Notes: a model not told the origin generated them from the sequence alone. A stretch of DNA of 32,000 bases from Candidatus Velamenicoccus archaeovorus (GCF_004102945.1 NZ_CP019384.1:360001-392000), one strand, 5' to 3'; shown: positions 11,354 through 20,169, numbered from the stretch's first letter. Numbers and translations: made by a program.

Positions 11354-12220
11354 ATGGCAGTTCTTATGGAGGGCAGGGTCGCGGTCGAGCATTTGCGCGG
11401 TCTTTTAAAAGACGAGATCGCGTCATTGTCGGCCCGGCATAAGCGGCGGCCTGAATTGCGATGCATCGTGGTCGGCCGGAATGCCGCCGCAAGCGTATAC
11501 CTCAAATCCCAGGCTAAGGTTGCGCAGGAACTCGGTATCGGGCATGCCGTCGTCGCTCTGCCCGAGGATATCCGCCCGGATGATTTGATCGGCGAGATCG
11601 CGGCCCTCAATAATGATCCTTCGGTGACCGGCATCCTGCTTCAGTGTCCGTTGCCGTCGGGGATCGATCTGGAAAAAGCGGCTTCTTTCATCCTGCCGGC
11701 AAGGGATGCCGAAGGCATCCATCCCGCGAACCTCGGCCGCCTCGTCCTGGGGGAAGGGCGCATCGCGCCGTGCACGGCCCAAGCTTGCATAGAACTCTTG
11801 CATCATTATCAGGTCAAGCTCTACGGCCGGGAAGCGGTCGTGGTGGGACATTCCTCGATCGTCGGCAAGCCTTTGAGCCTTTTGTTGCTTAAAGAATTTG
11901 CCACGACGACGGTCTGCCATATCGCGACGGCTGAGGCCCATAAGCTCGAGGATCACGTCAGGCGCGCCCATGTCCTTATCGTGGCCGTCGGCAAGCCGGG
12001 GGTGATCAAAGGGGAGTGGATTGCGCCGGGCGCCGTCGTCATCGATGTCGGCATCAACAAGTGCGGCGAGAGCCTTGTGGGGGATGTGGAATTTGAGGCC
12101 GCGCGCCAAAAGGCGTCGTTCATCACGCCCGTTCCCGGCGGCGTCGGGCCCCTGACGGTCATGTTGTTGATGAAGAATATCTGCGAACTTTTCAAAGAAT
12201 CCTTGAAGTTGCAATCATAG
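11354..12220 (+). CDS. folD: bifunctional methylene-THF dehydrogenase / methenyl-THF cyclohydrolase
   Basis: VGRNAAASVYLKSQAKVAQELGI, VVVGHSSIVGKPLSLLL and TPVPGGVGPLTVMLL. AAAAGAGG precedes ATG 11354. Confidence 0.94.
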   Translation: MAVLMEGRVAVEHLRGLLKDEIASLSARHKRRPELRCIVVGRNAAASVYLKSQAKVAQELGIGHAVVALPEDIRPDDLIGEIAALNNDPSVTGILLQCPLPSGIDLEKAASFILPARDAEGIHPANLGRLVLGEGRIAPCTAQACIELLHHYQVKLYGREAVVVGHSSIVGKPLSLLLLKEFATTTVCHIATAEAHKLEDHVRRAHVLIVAVGKPGVIKGEWIAPGAVVIDVGINKCGESLVGDVEFEAARQKASFITPVPGGVGPLTVMLLMKNICELFKESLKLQS

Positions 12221-12253
12221 CGCGGCCGGGAAGGGCCGCGGCGTCCATCGGGC

Positions 12254-13120
12254 ATGACATTTAAAGAAAAACTCTCCTCGTCTCGTTTTGTGCTGACTTC
12301 CGAGGTCGGTCCGCCCAAAGGTATTTCCCTTGAAAAAATATTGAAGGAGATCGCTCCTTTGCGGGGGCGGGTGGATGCGATCAACGTGACGGACCTGCAG
12401 AGCTCCGTCATGCGCATGAGTTCTCTGGCAGCATCCATCCAGATCAAGGGTGCAGGTTTTGAGCCTGTGCTGCAGATGACCTGCCGCGACAGGAATAGGC
12501 TGGCGCTGCAATCGGATATCTTGTCGGCGGCGTCTTTTGGGATCGAGAATATCCTGGCTTTGACGGGAGACCATCCGGCCTTGGGCGACCATCCTCAGGC
12601 CAAGCCCGTTTTTGATATCGACGCCGTTACGCTGATCGGGATCCTGCGCACCCTGGAACGAGGCGCCGATATGAACGGGAATCCGCTTTTGGGCCAGCCG
12701 CCAAAATTCTGCGTGGGCGCGGCGGTCAATCCGGGCGCCGACCCCCTGGAACCGGAGCTCATCAAGATGGAAAAGAAAATCGCCGCGGGCGTGGAATTTT
12801 TCCAGACGCAGGCGATTTTTGATATCGGCAGCTTCGAGGCATTCCTGGCAAAGACGCGGCATCTCAAGACAAAGATCATCGCCGGCATCATGCTGCTCAA
12901 GAGCGAGCGCATGGCGCGCTACATGAACGAGAATATCCCCGGCGTTGCCGTCCCGGAGGCCGTGATTGCCGAGATGGAGAATTCGACGGACAAGAAACAG
13001 AAATGTCTGGAAATTGCCGTCCGTTTATTCAAGACGCTGCAGCCCATGTGCGATGGCATCCATTTCATGCCCATCGGCTGGTATGGCATGGTGCCCAGAC
13101 TTTTGGATGCGGTTGGGTGA
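12254..13120 (+). CDS. metF: methylenetetrahydrofolate reductase (MetF type)
   Basis: INVTD, QMTCRDRNRLALQSDILSAASFGIENILALTGD and FFQTQAIFD. 288 aa. Sits in the folate / C1 gene context. Confidence 0.9.
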   Translation: MTFKEKLSSSRFVLTSEVGPPKGISLEKILKEIAPLRGRVDAINVTDLQSSVMRMSSLAASIQIKGAGFEPVLQMTCRDRNRLALQSDILSAASFGIENILALTGDHPALGDHPQAKPVFDIDAVTLIGILRTLERGADMNGNPLLGQPPKFCVGAAVNPGADPLEPELIKMEKKIAAGVEFFQTQAIFDIGSFEAFLAKTRHLKTKIIAGIMLLKSERMARYMNENIPGVAVPEAVIAEMENSTDKKQKCLEIAVRLFKTLQPMCDGIHFMPIGWYGMVPRLLDAVG

Positions 13121-13134
13121 TAAGTGGAGAACGG

Positions 13135-13309
13135 AATAACCAAGTTCCAAGGAACCTGCCTTCGCGGGCTACGCCCGCAGAGCAGGCAATAACCAAACAA
13201 TGACCAAACACCAAAATTCAATCATCAAGCAAAAAATATCAGCGTTTGATTATTTGGTCATTGGTTATTGAGTTTTGTTTGTATCTTATTTCTTGATGAT
13301 TGATTTTTT
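13135..13309. repeat. CAA/TTG-rich palindromic element, copy A (MITE/REP-like), with a nested GC hairpin
   Basis: 5' end AATAACCAAGTTCCAAGGAAC, 3' end TTATTTCTTGATGATTGATTT (approximate reverse complement). Internal arms CAATAACCAAACAATGACCAAA / TTTGGTCATTGGTTATTG. GC hairpin at 13155-13186. Confidence 0.7.
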
Positions 13310-13332
13310 GTTAGCTTCACAAACATAAAATT

Positions 13333-14196
13333 ATGTCTAAAAAAATAGTCATTATCGGTAACTCCGCGGCGGCCGTGGGCGCGGCTGAGGGTATCCGCGA
13401 ACACGATAAGTCGGCCGCGATCACCATGGTTTCTGAAGAATCGTTTCATGCCTATGAAAGGCCGAAGATGCTGGGGATCCTCGACGGCCGCCTCAAAGAG
13501 AAAGATCTGATTTGGCGCGGCCCTGATTTTTACAAGAACCACGGCATCATGCTGTTTTTGGAAACAAAGGTGGAAGGTGTCAGCACGCACAGGAAGCGTT
13601 TGGCCCTGAAAGGGCGCGACCCTCTGGAATTCGACGAGCTTATCGTCGCCTCAGGCCGTAAAGAGATCCTGCCGTCGGTCAAGGGGGTCCAGAAGGAGGG
13701 TGTTGTTGCCGTCAATAGTCTGGCCGACATCAAATTTATCCAGGAAAACCTGCCGATCGCCCATACAGTACTGATCGTCGGCGCAGGTCCTGTGGCGCAG
13801 GAGCTGGCGCGTATCATCGCTGCCAAACAAACGGAAGTAAAGTTTTTTGGAATGTTGGACCGATCCTTGGAAGGCGTCCAGGAGGTGCGGGACAATCCGA
13901 TCATCGAGATTCTGGGCGAGGCCGATGTCCGCGCCGTCAGACTTACGAACCATAAAGTGGTGGGAGCGACGCTGGTGATCTTTAGCGGCGCCTCGGGTCC
14001 GAATATGGATTTTCTGAAGGATACGGACATCCATGCGGATGGAGGGATCGTCGTGGATGAGGTGATGCGCACCAATATTCCTTTTGTGTGGGCCGCCGGG
14101 GACGTCTGCCGTCAGAAAGAAGAAGAGGCCGGCCGCGGCTGGGAAGCGGCCTATGCGTCGGGCCGCAAATGCGGAAAGTGTCTATGCCGGATTTAA
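13333..14196 (+). CDS. short FAD/NAD(P)-binding pyridine nucleotide-disulfide-oxidoreductase-family protein lacking the usual C-terminal domain
   Basis: First dinucleotide fold KIVIIGNSAAAVGAAEGI, second fold VLIVGAGPVAQELARII, then WAAGDV. Ends with the Cys-rich tail RKCGKCLCRI. 287 aa. Confidence 0.8.
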   Translation: MSKKIVIIGNSAAAVGAAEGIREHDKSAAITMVSEESFHAYERPKMLGILDGRLKEKDLIWRGPDFYKNHGIMLFLETKVEGVSTHRKRLALKGRDPLEFDELIVASGRKEILPSVKGVQKEGVVAVNSLADIKFIQENLPIAHTVLIVGAGPVAQELARIIAAKQTEVKFFGMLDRSLEGVQEVRDNPIIEILGEADVRAVRLTNHKVVGATLVIFSGASGPNMDFLKDTDIHADGGIVVDEVMRTNIPFVWAAGDVCRQKEEEAGRGWEAAYASGRKCGKCLCRI

Positions 14197-16346
14197 ATAC
14201 GATCGCGTCGGAGACGTCGAAGAAGATCGTTGCCATGGCGCAGGAGGCCTTGGAAAAGGCCCTGGTTGCCAAAGGCGGCTCTTTCTCTTTGGGCTTTGAA
14301 GGTACTGCTTTTTTCCTTCCTTTGAATTTTGCCCTCACAGGCCTGGAAGTTAAGACCATAGGCGATGCCTCTCAGATCATTGAGAACTGCCGCCGCCTCC
14401 TGGAGGGTAGGTCTCTGGCGAACGGTTTGTTTTTTTCCTGTCTTGACGGATTGCTCAACCACGGCCTGGCCGCGCTCCTGGCCGAGGAGCTTTTATGCGC
14501 CTTGACGCATGAGCCCAAAGAAGGATATCTGGGGTTTGTCCCTGACACGGTCCTGCGTTCTCTGGGCGTCCAGCTTGTCGACGGCCGCATCGCCGGCATT
14601 GCCGTCATCCTTGGGTGCGCCAAAGACGACGCCTCTGCCGTCAAGATCATCCGCGGCTTCCAGGAGAAGAACATCGTCTCGCTTCTCGTCGGCAACGCGG
14701 GGGCGCGCAACATCCGCGACCAGCTGACGGACGCCGGCGTCGAGCTGGGATTGGATAACTATATCGTTCCCCTGGGGCCGGATGAGTTGTCGAGCGCCTA
14801 TGCCGTGAATTTTGCCGTGCGCGCGGCCCTGACGTTCGGCGGCTGCAAGGGCGGGCAGTGGAAACAGGTGTTGGAATATACGCAGAACCGCGTGCCTGCC
14901 TTTGTCGTCGTCTTGGGCAAGCTTGACGAGGTGATCGTGACGACCGGCGCCGGCGTCCTCGGCCTTGGTTTTCCGATCATCATGGATGCCGACGCCGCCG
15001 AGGTGGGGAAGATCCCGACGACGAAATACGAGGCCTTGGTCGTCGAAAAGGATATGGACAGGATTGTGTCGCGTTGCATCGAGACGCGCGGCATCAAGAT
15101 CCAGGTGACGCACCTGCCTATCCCGGTGCTCTACAGCCCGGCGTTCGAGGGCGAACGCGTACGTAAGGAAAACCTAAAAGTAGAGTTTGGTTCAAAGTAT
15201 TCCTCGGCGTTTGAGTATCTTGCCTATAGATCTATGGAAGAGGTGGCGGATGGCCGCGTGGAGGTTATGGGCCCGGATATCGACGCTGTGACAGGCAAGG
15301 CCATGCCTTTGGGCATTTGGGTCGATGTCGCCGCGCGGCAGGCCAATAAGGATTTTGAGCCGATCCTGGAAAGACAGATCCACAGGTATCTCAATGAGGC
15401 GCAGGGGGTCATGCACATGGGCCAGAGGGATATGATCTGGGTCCGGATTTCCCGCGAGGCCTTTGAGAAGGGATTCCGTCTCAAACATTTCGGCACGATC
15501 ATCCATGCGATGCTGCATAAGGAGTTCGGCGCCATCGTCGACAAGGTCCAAGTGCGCCTGATGACGAGACAAGAAGACGTCGCCCAGGCCCTCAAGGCGG
15601 CCGCCGGTGTCTATGAGGCTCGTGATGAGCGCCTGCGCGGCATGACCGACGAGAGCGTCGATACCTTTTACAGCTGCGCCCTTTGCCAGTCGTTTGCGCC
15701 CAATCACATCTGTATCATTACTCCCGAGCGCCTGGGACTGTGCGGCGCTTATTCCTGGCTTGACGCCAAGGCCGCCTATGAGATCCAGCCGACGGGCGGC
15801 AACCAGCCGATCGTCAAGGGGGTGTGCCTTGAGCCGAACCTCGGCCAGTGGCGCAACATCAACGAGTTCATTCTCGAAAAATCCAACAGGACCATCCCCG
15901 AAGTCAGCATGTATTCCCTTTTGGTCTCGCCGCAGTCGAGTTGCGGCTGCTTCGAATGCATCGTCGCCTTGGTCCCGGAGGCAAACGGCGTCATGGCCGT
16001 CAACCGTGATTATGCTGGAATGACGCCCTTGGGCATGACCTTTACCCAGATGGCCGGTTCCGTGGGCGGCGGGATCCAGACGCCGGGTTTCATCGGCGTA
16101 GGCAAGCTTTATCTCACCAGCAGGAAGTTTATTTCCGCCGAAGGCGGATTGCCGCGCCTTGTCTGGATGCCGCGGGACCTGAAGGAGGCGCTCAGGAATC
16201 GTCTCGTCGAGCGTTGCCGGGAGCTTGACCTGCCGGACTTTATCGAAAAGATCGCCGATGAGACGAATGCGCAGACGATCGAGGAGCTTTTGGAATTCCT
16301 GAAGGCCAAGGCGCATCCTGCGCTGGATATGCCGCCGCTTCTCTGA
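14184..16346 (+). CDS. acsB: acetyl-CoA synthase (CODH/ACS alpha subunit, A-cluster protein)
   Basis: A-cluster ligands: CALCQSFAPNHICIITPERLGLCG (15675-15743) and SSCGCFEC (CGC at 15942-15950). Full bacterial length of ~720 aa. Start is ATG 14184 (or 14169); the track ORF starts earlier, inside the upstream gene. Confidence 0.93.
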   Translation: MPDLNTIASETSKKIVAMAQEALEKALVAKGGSFSLGFEGTAFFLPLNFALTGLEVKTIGDASQIIENCRRLLEGRSLANGLFFSCLDGLLNHGLAALLAEELLCALTHEPKEGYLGFVPDTVLRSLGVQLVDGRIAGIAVILGCAKDDASAVKIIRGFQEKNIVSLLVGNAGARNIRDQLTDAGVELGLDNYIVPLGPDELSSAYAVNFAVRAALTFGGCKGGQWKQVLEYTQNRVPAFVVVLGKLDEVIVTTGAGVLGLGFPIIMDADAAEVGKIPTTKYEALVVEKDMDRIVSRCIETRGIKIQVTHLPIPVLYSPAFEGERVRKENLKVEFGSKYSSAFEYLAYRSMEEVADGRVEVMGPDIDAVTGKAMPLGIWVDVAARQANKDFEPILERQIHRYLNEAQGVMHMGQRDMIWVRISREAFEKGFRLKHFGTIIHAMLHKEFGAIVDKVQVRLMTRQEDVAQALKAAAGVYEARDERLRGMTDESVDTFYSCALCQSFAPNHICIITPERLGLCGAYSWLDAKAAYEIQPTGGNQPIVKGVCLEPNLGQWRNINEFILEKSNRTIPEVSMYSLLVSPQSSCGCFECIVALVPEANGVMAVNRDYAGMTPLGMTFTQMAGSVGGGIQTPGFIGVGKLYLTSRKFISAEGGLPRLVWMPRDLKEALRNRLVERCRELDLPDFIEKIADETNAQTIEELLEFLKAKAHPALDMPPLL

Positions 16347-16420
16347 TCGAGCCGCAGCATGCGGCGAAGATCAGACCCTTCCTTTATGTAGAATGAGGAA
16401 GGTCTACCCTTTCTGGGTCG

Positions 16421-16495
16421 CCCCGCGAGTATCGGAAAAATTTCATGCCCGGTAGCCCTGGGCGGGAAATTTTTTCGATATCTTACGATGCGGGG
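16421..16495. repeat. CCCCGCGAGTA...GCGGGG long-hairpin element, copy 1 (second copy 31516-31569)
   Basis: CCCCGC/GCGGGG closing pair. GAAAAATTTC/GAAATTTTTTC inner arms. The same 5' (CCCGCGAGTA) and 3' (CGATATCTTACG..GCGGGG) ends occur in the second copy. Confidence 0.6.
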
Positions 16496-16562
16496 TTATG
16501 CAGATATTTCTCTTGCTTTTTTTAAATAAATGTATTATTCTAACTTTAACAATATCCTCAGG

Positions 16563-17312
16563 ATGAGAAAAATCACACCTCTCTTTTTAATTGCCCTTTA
16601 TTCCCTGTCGATCCTTTCTTTTGTCTCATGCGCTTTTGCTGAAGAAGATTGGTCTGTGTCTTCCGAGACTAAAAAGATGGCCGTAGATTATCGCGACAAG
16701 GGATTGCGTTATCAGAAATCGGGCGATCTGGATACGGCGTTGATCTATTTCCAGAAGGCCATCGAGCTGGATCCGAACTTCGCCGTCGCCTATAACGATG
16801 CCGGCGTCCTTTATGAATCCAAGGGGTGGTATGACCGGGCGAAGCAGGCTTATGGCCGGGCCATCGAGATCGATCCTTCGCTCCCCAGCCCTTATTACAA
16901 CCTGGGCAGCATTTATGAGAAAGAAGGGAATTTCGACAAGGCGATTTATTACTACAAACAGCGGGTCCTGATCGGCGACTGGAACGACGAATGGACGGTA
17001 AAGGCGCGCCAGTCCTTGAAGGGGCTCGGTGTCAACGATCCTGAACTGAAGCAGAACTTTTTAGACGAACAGATGGCCCGCATGGAGGCCAGCAACGACA
17101 TCAAGGGCGAGCCGAAAGGCAACGACCTGAATCCCAAAAGGCGCAAGCGTGACGCGCGCCTGCATTTGATGCGGGGAAAACAGCTCTACTCCATGGGGAG
17201 GTTCACCGAGGCCCTCAAGGAACTGGGAATGGCGGCGGTCCTGGATCCCAAGAACAAAGAGATCTCCAAGACCCTGGAAGAAGTCCAGCAAAAGTCCCTC
17301 TTTAACGATTGA
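16563..17312 (+). CDS. TPR-repeat protein, probably a lipoprotein
   Basis: MRKITPLFLIALYSLSILSFVSC is a signal peptide with a lipobox-like Cys. TPR units include AIELDPNFAVAYNDAGVLYESKGWYDRA and AIEIDPSLPSPYYNLGSIYEKEGNFDKA. An alternative ATG lies at 16530. Confidence 0.8.
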   Translation: MRKITPLFLIALYSLSILSFVSCAFAEEDWSVSSETKKMAVDYRDKGLRYQKSGDLDTALIYFQKAIELDPNFAVAYNDAGVLYESKGWYDRAKQAYGRAIEIDPSLPSPYYNLGSIYEKEGNFDKAIYYYKQRVLIGDWNDEWTVKARQSLKGLGVNDPELKQNFLDEQMARMEASNDIKGEPKGNDLNPKRRKRDARLHLMRGKQLYSMGRFTEALKELGMAAVLDPKNKEISKTLEEVQQKSLFND

Positions 17313-17546
17313 TCCCTCGGCCGTGGCTGATTGGGACGTCACCCCATGGGGGTTCCAGTCGAGCCGCAGCAGGCGGCGCTGAAATCCCTGGTCGGGAATG
17401 ATGCGGCAACGATGACCCTTTTGCCGCGGCGGGGAGGGGCGCCGGGGCAAGTCCACGAACACATCCCTTTTTAAAGAGATTGTCTTAAACAACCACATGA
17501 CGGCACACATCTCCTCTGGTTCGACCTCTTAGATATTTTCCGGCAT

Positions 17547-20123
17547 ATGACTTCTAAGCTTTGTCTGATCGACGGCAATTCGCTCTTTTACAGGGCGTTC
17601 TACGCCATTAAAACACAGTTGTCGACGTCCCAGGGGCAGCCGACGAACGCTGTCTTTGGTTTCGTGCGGATGGTCAAGAAGATATTGGAGGAAGTTGGGC
17701 CGCAATACCTGGCTGTTTGTTTCGACGTAGGCAAGGTGACTCACCGGACGGAAAAATTTTCGGATTACAAAAGACACCGGCCGCCGATGCCGGATTCCTT
17801 GGTATCGCAGGTGCCCTATATCAAAGATGTGGTCCGGGCTTACCGTTTTACGGTTTGCGAGGCGTCTGGTTTTGAAGCGGATGATGTGATCGCAACCCTC
17901 TCCCGAAAGCTTTCCGGAAAGGTCAAAAAGACAGTTATTGTGAGTTCGGACAAGGACATCTTGCAACTCGTTTCCGCCGACGTCGAGGTGTATAACCCTT
18001 ATAAGGATGAGGGGATTATTTTTACGCCGAAAATCGTCCGCGAACGCATGGGGGTTGCGCCCGACAGGATCGCGGATCTGATCGCGCTCATGGGTGACGC
18101 TTCGGATAACATTCCGGGCGCGCGCGGCATCGGCGAGAAGACGGCGTTGGAGCTTTTAAAAACTTTCAAGGATGCGGATGACTTGATTCGGCATCAGGAG
18201 AAGATTGCCAGGGAAGCTGTCCGCCGGATCATTGTCGAGCATGCAGAAGATATCCGTCTCAGCAAGGAATTGGCGTCTTTGAGATACGATGCGCCCGTGG
18301 AGGCGGACCTGAAACACCTGGAAGTCCAGGAGCCGGATTTTGACAAGCTCTGGGAGATTTATTCCAAACTGGAATTCCGCGGCATGCTCAAGGAGCTGTC
18401 CGCAGGCCGGCTGTCGCAACCCCGGCAGTTCTCGGTCCCCAAGAAAGAGGGCGTTGATCCTGATGTTATTGTCCGGCGTATCGCAAAGAACCACATCTTT
18501 GCTCTTGCCGTCAACGAAGCGGACAAGGAGGGCGGCATCCTGAACGTGAATGTTGCCTGCGACGAAGAGGTCGTCTATGGCGTCAGCACCCTCCGGGACA
18601 TCCGCGCGCTTCTGTCATTGAAAGAGAGCACCATCGTCTGCCACGACACCAAGGCCGTCCGGCACCTCTTGAGGGATTTCGGGCTTCATCCCCAAGGCAG
18701 GTTTTTTGATACCATGATCGCCGCCCATCTCCTGGAATCTTCGAGGAATGTGGCGGAATTGGAGAATCTCGTCTGGGATCATCTCCAGGAGAAGTCTTTG
18801 AGCCGCCAGGATTACCTGGGCAAGGAAGCGCATTTCCTCTTTCGTCTGGAGCATGTCTTGTCCGGCGCCCTCAAGGAGAAGGGGCTTGACTCTCTTTTTT
18901 ATCATGTGGAGATGCCCTTGGCGGATGTTCTTTTCGACATGGAATGCACCGGCGTTCAGGTCGACAAGGCGTTTCTGGACAATCTTTCTTCCCGGATGGA
19001 GGAAAACCTGCGCAGGATCGCGGAGCGTATTTTCGAGCTGGCCGGAAGTTCTTTCAACATCAATTCGCCCAAGCAGCTCTCGGAAGTTCTTTTCCATAAG
19101 CTCAAAATGCCTGTCGTCAAAAAGACCAAGACAGGCCTGTCGACGGATGAAGAGGTGCTTCATAAGCTTTCCGGCGGGTTCGAATTGCCGCGTATCCTTT
19201 TGGAATACCGGCAGATCGCCAAGCTCAAGACGACGTATGTTGATGCGCTGCCGGGTTTGATCGATGGGCGGACAGGGCGGATCCATTCGACCTTCAACCA
19301 GACAGGCACGGAGACAGGGCGGCTGAGCTCGAGCTCACCGAACCTGCAAAACATTCCCGTAAAGACAGAATTGGGACGCGAGGTCCGGCGCGCCTTTTTG
19401 CCGTCCGAGGGGTTTGATGCGCTCCTGTCGGCAGATTATTCGCAGGTGGAACTGCGTATCCTGGCGCACCTCTCCGAGGACCCGGTGCTCCTGGAGGCCT
19501 TTCGCAAAGGCAGGGATATCCATCGTTTCACCGCATCCTTGATTTTCGGGGTCAAGGAAGAGGACGTGACGCCGGAAATGCGCGAGAACGCCAAGCGCGT
19601 GAATTTCGGCATCGTCTACGGCATGAGTTCTTACGGCCTGTCCAAGGATCTCGGCATTGACGCCGCGACAGCGCAGGCGTTTATTTCCGAATATTTTTTA
19701 CGTTATCCCCGGGTGAAGGCTTATCTTGATGGCCAGATTGATTTTGTCCGCAAGAACGGTTATGTCGTGACGCTCCTGGGCCGCAGGCGTTATATCCCGG
19801 AGATCCATAATCCGAATGCGGCTCTCAGGCAGTTTGCCGAGCGTCAGGCGGTCAACGCCCCTATCCAGGGATCGGCGGCCGACTTGATCAAGCTGGCCAT
19901 GATCGATTTGCACAAACATCTATGCGAGAACGGGTTTCAGTCGCGCCTGATTCTGCAGGTTCATGATGAGCTTGTTTTGGAAGTGACGCATAAAGAACAG
20001 AAGGATGCTGTGGCGCAGGTGCGCCGCAGCATGGAGAATATCATGGAACTGAAGGTGCCGCTGGATGTGTCTGTCAAGGCGGGGAAGAATTGGCTGGAGA
20101 TGGAAGATCAAATGACGGCATAA
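17547..20123 (+). CDS. polA: DNA polymerase I
   Basis: 5'-nuclease N-terminus LIDGNSLFYRAFYA. Polymerase motif A LSADYSQVELRILAH, motif B RENAKRVNFGIVYGMS, motif C LQVHDELVLE. Confidence 0.96.
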   Translation: MTSKLCLIDGNSLFYRAFYAIKTQLSTSQGQPTNAVFGFVRMVKKILEEVGPQYLAVCFDVGKVTHRTEKFSDYKRHRPPMPDSLVSQVPYIKDVVRAYRFTVCEASGFEADDVIATLSRKLSGKVKKTVIVSSDKDILQLVSADVEVYNPYKDEGIIFTPKIVRERMGVAPDRIADLIALMGDASDNIPGARGIGEKTALELLKTFKDADDLIRHQEKIAREAVRRIIVEHAEDIRLSKELASLRYDAPVEADLKHLEVQEPDFDKLWEIYSKLEFRGMLKELSAGRLSQPRQFSVPKKEGVDPDVIVRRIAKNHIFALAVNEADKEGGILNVNVACDEEVVYGVSTLRDIRALLSLKESTIVCHDTKAVRHLLRDFGLHPQGRFFDTMIAAHLLESSRNVAELENLVWDHLQEKSLSRQDYLGKEAHFLFRLEHVLSGALKEKGLDSLFYHVEMPLADVLFDMECTGVQVDKAFLDNLSSRMEENLRRIAERIFELAGSSFNINSPKQLSEVLFHKLKMPVVKKTKTGLSTDEEVLHKLSGGFELPRILLEYRQIAKLKTTYVDALPGLIDGRTGRIHSTFNQTGTETGRLSSSSPNLQNIPVKTELGREVRRAFLPSEGFDALLSADYSQVELRILAHLSEDPVLLEAFRKGRDIHRFTASLIFGVKEEDVTPEMRENAKRVNFGIVYGMSSYGLSKDLGIDAATAQAFISEYFLRYPRVKAYLDGQIDFVRKNGYVVTLLGRRRYIPEIHNPNAALRQFAERQAVNAPIQGSAADLIKLAMIDLHKHLCENGFQSRLILQVHDELVLEVTHKEQKDAVAQVRRSMENIMELKVPLDVSVKAGKNWLEMEDQMTA

Positions 20124-20169
20124 CTTACGGAACCGTTGTAGGGTGTTAGGTGACGTGAGTTATTTGCCG

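Noticed and set aside
12221-12240. All-GC 7-bp hairpin CGCGGCC-GGGAAG-GGCCGCG between folD and metF.
   Set aside because: There is no U-tract, and it lies inside an apparent operon. It is noted as a possible processing or stability element but has too little evidence to call as a feature.
16351-16366. Shared 13-mer TCGAGCCGCAGCA at 16348 and 17359.
   Set aside because: A single 13-nt match is expected by chance several times in a 32-kb GC-rich window. The flanks do not align.
17346-17474. 42-codon ORF (MGVPVEPQQAALKS...) in the TPR-polA gap.
   Set aside because: It has no SD, a GC-rich low-complexity translation, and overlaps several hairpins (ACCCCATGGGGT, GCGGCAA...TTGCCGC). I treat it as non-coding.
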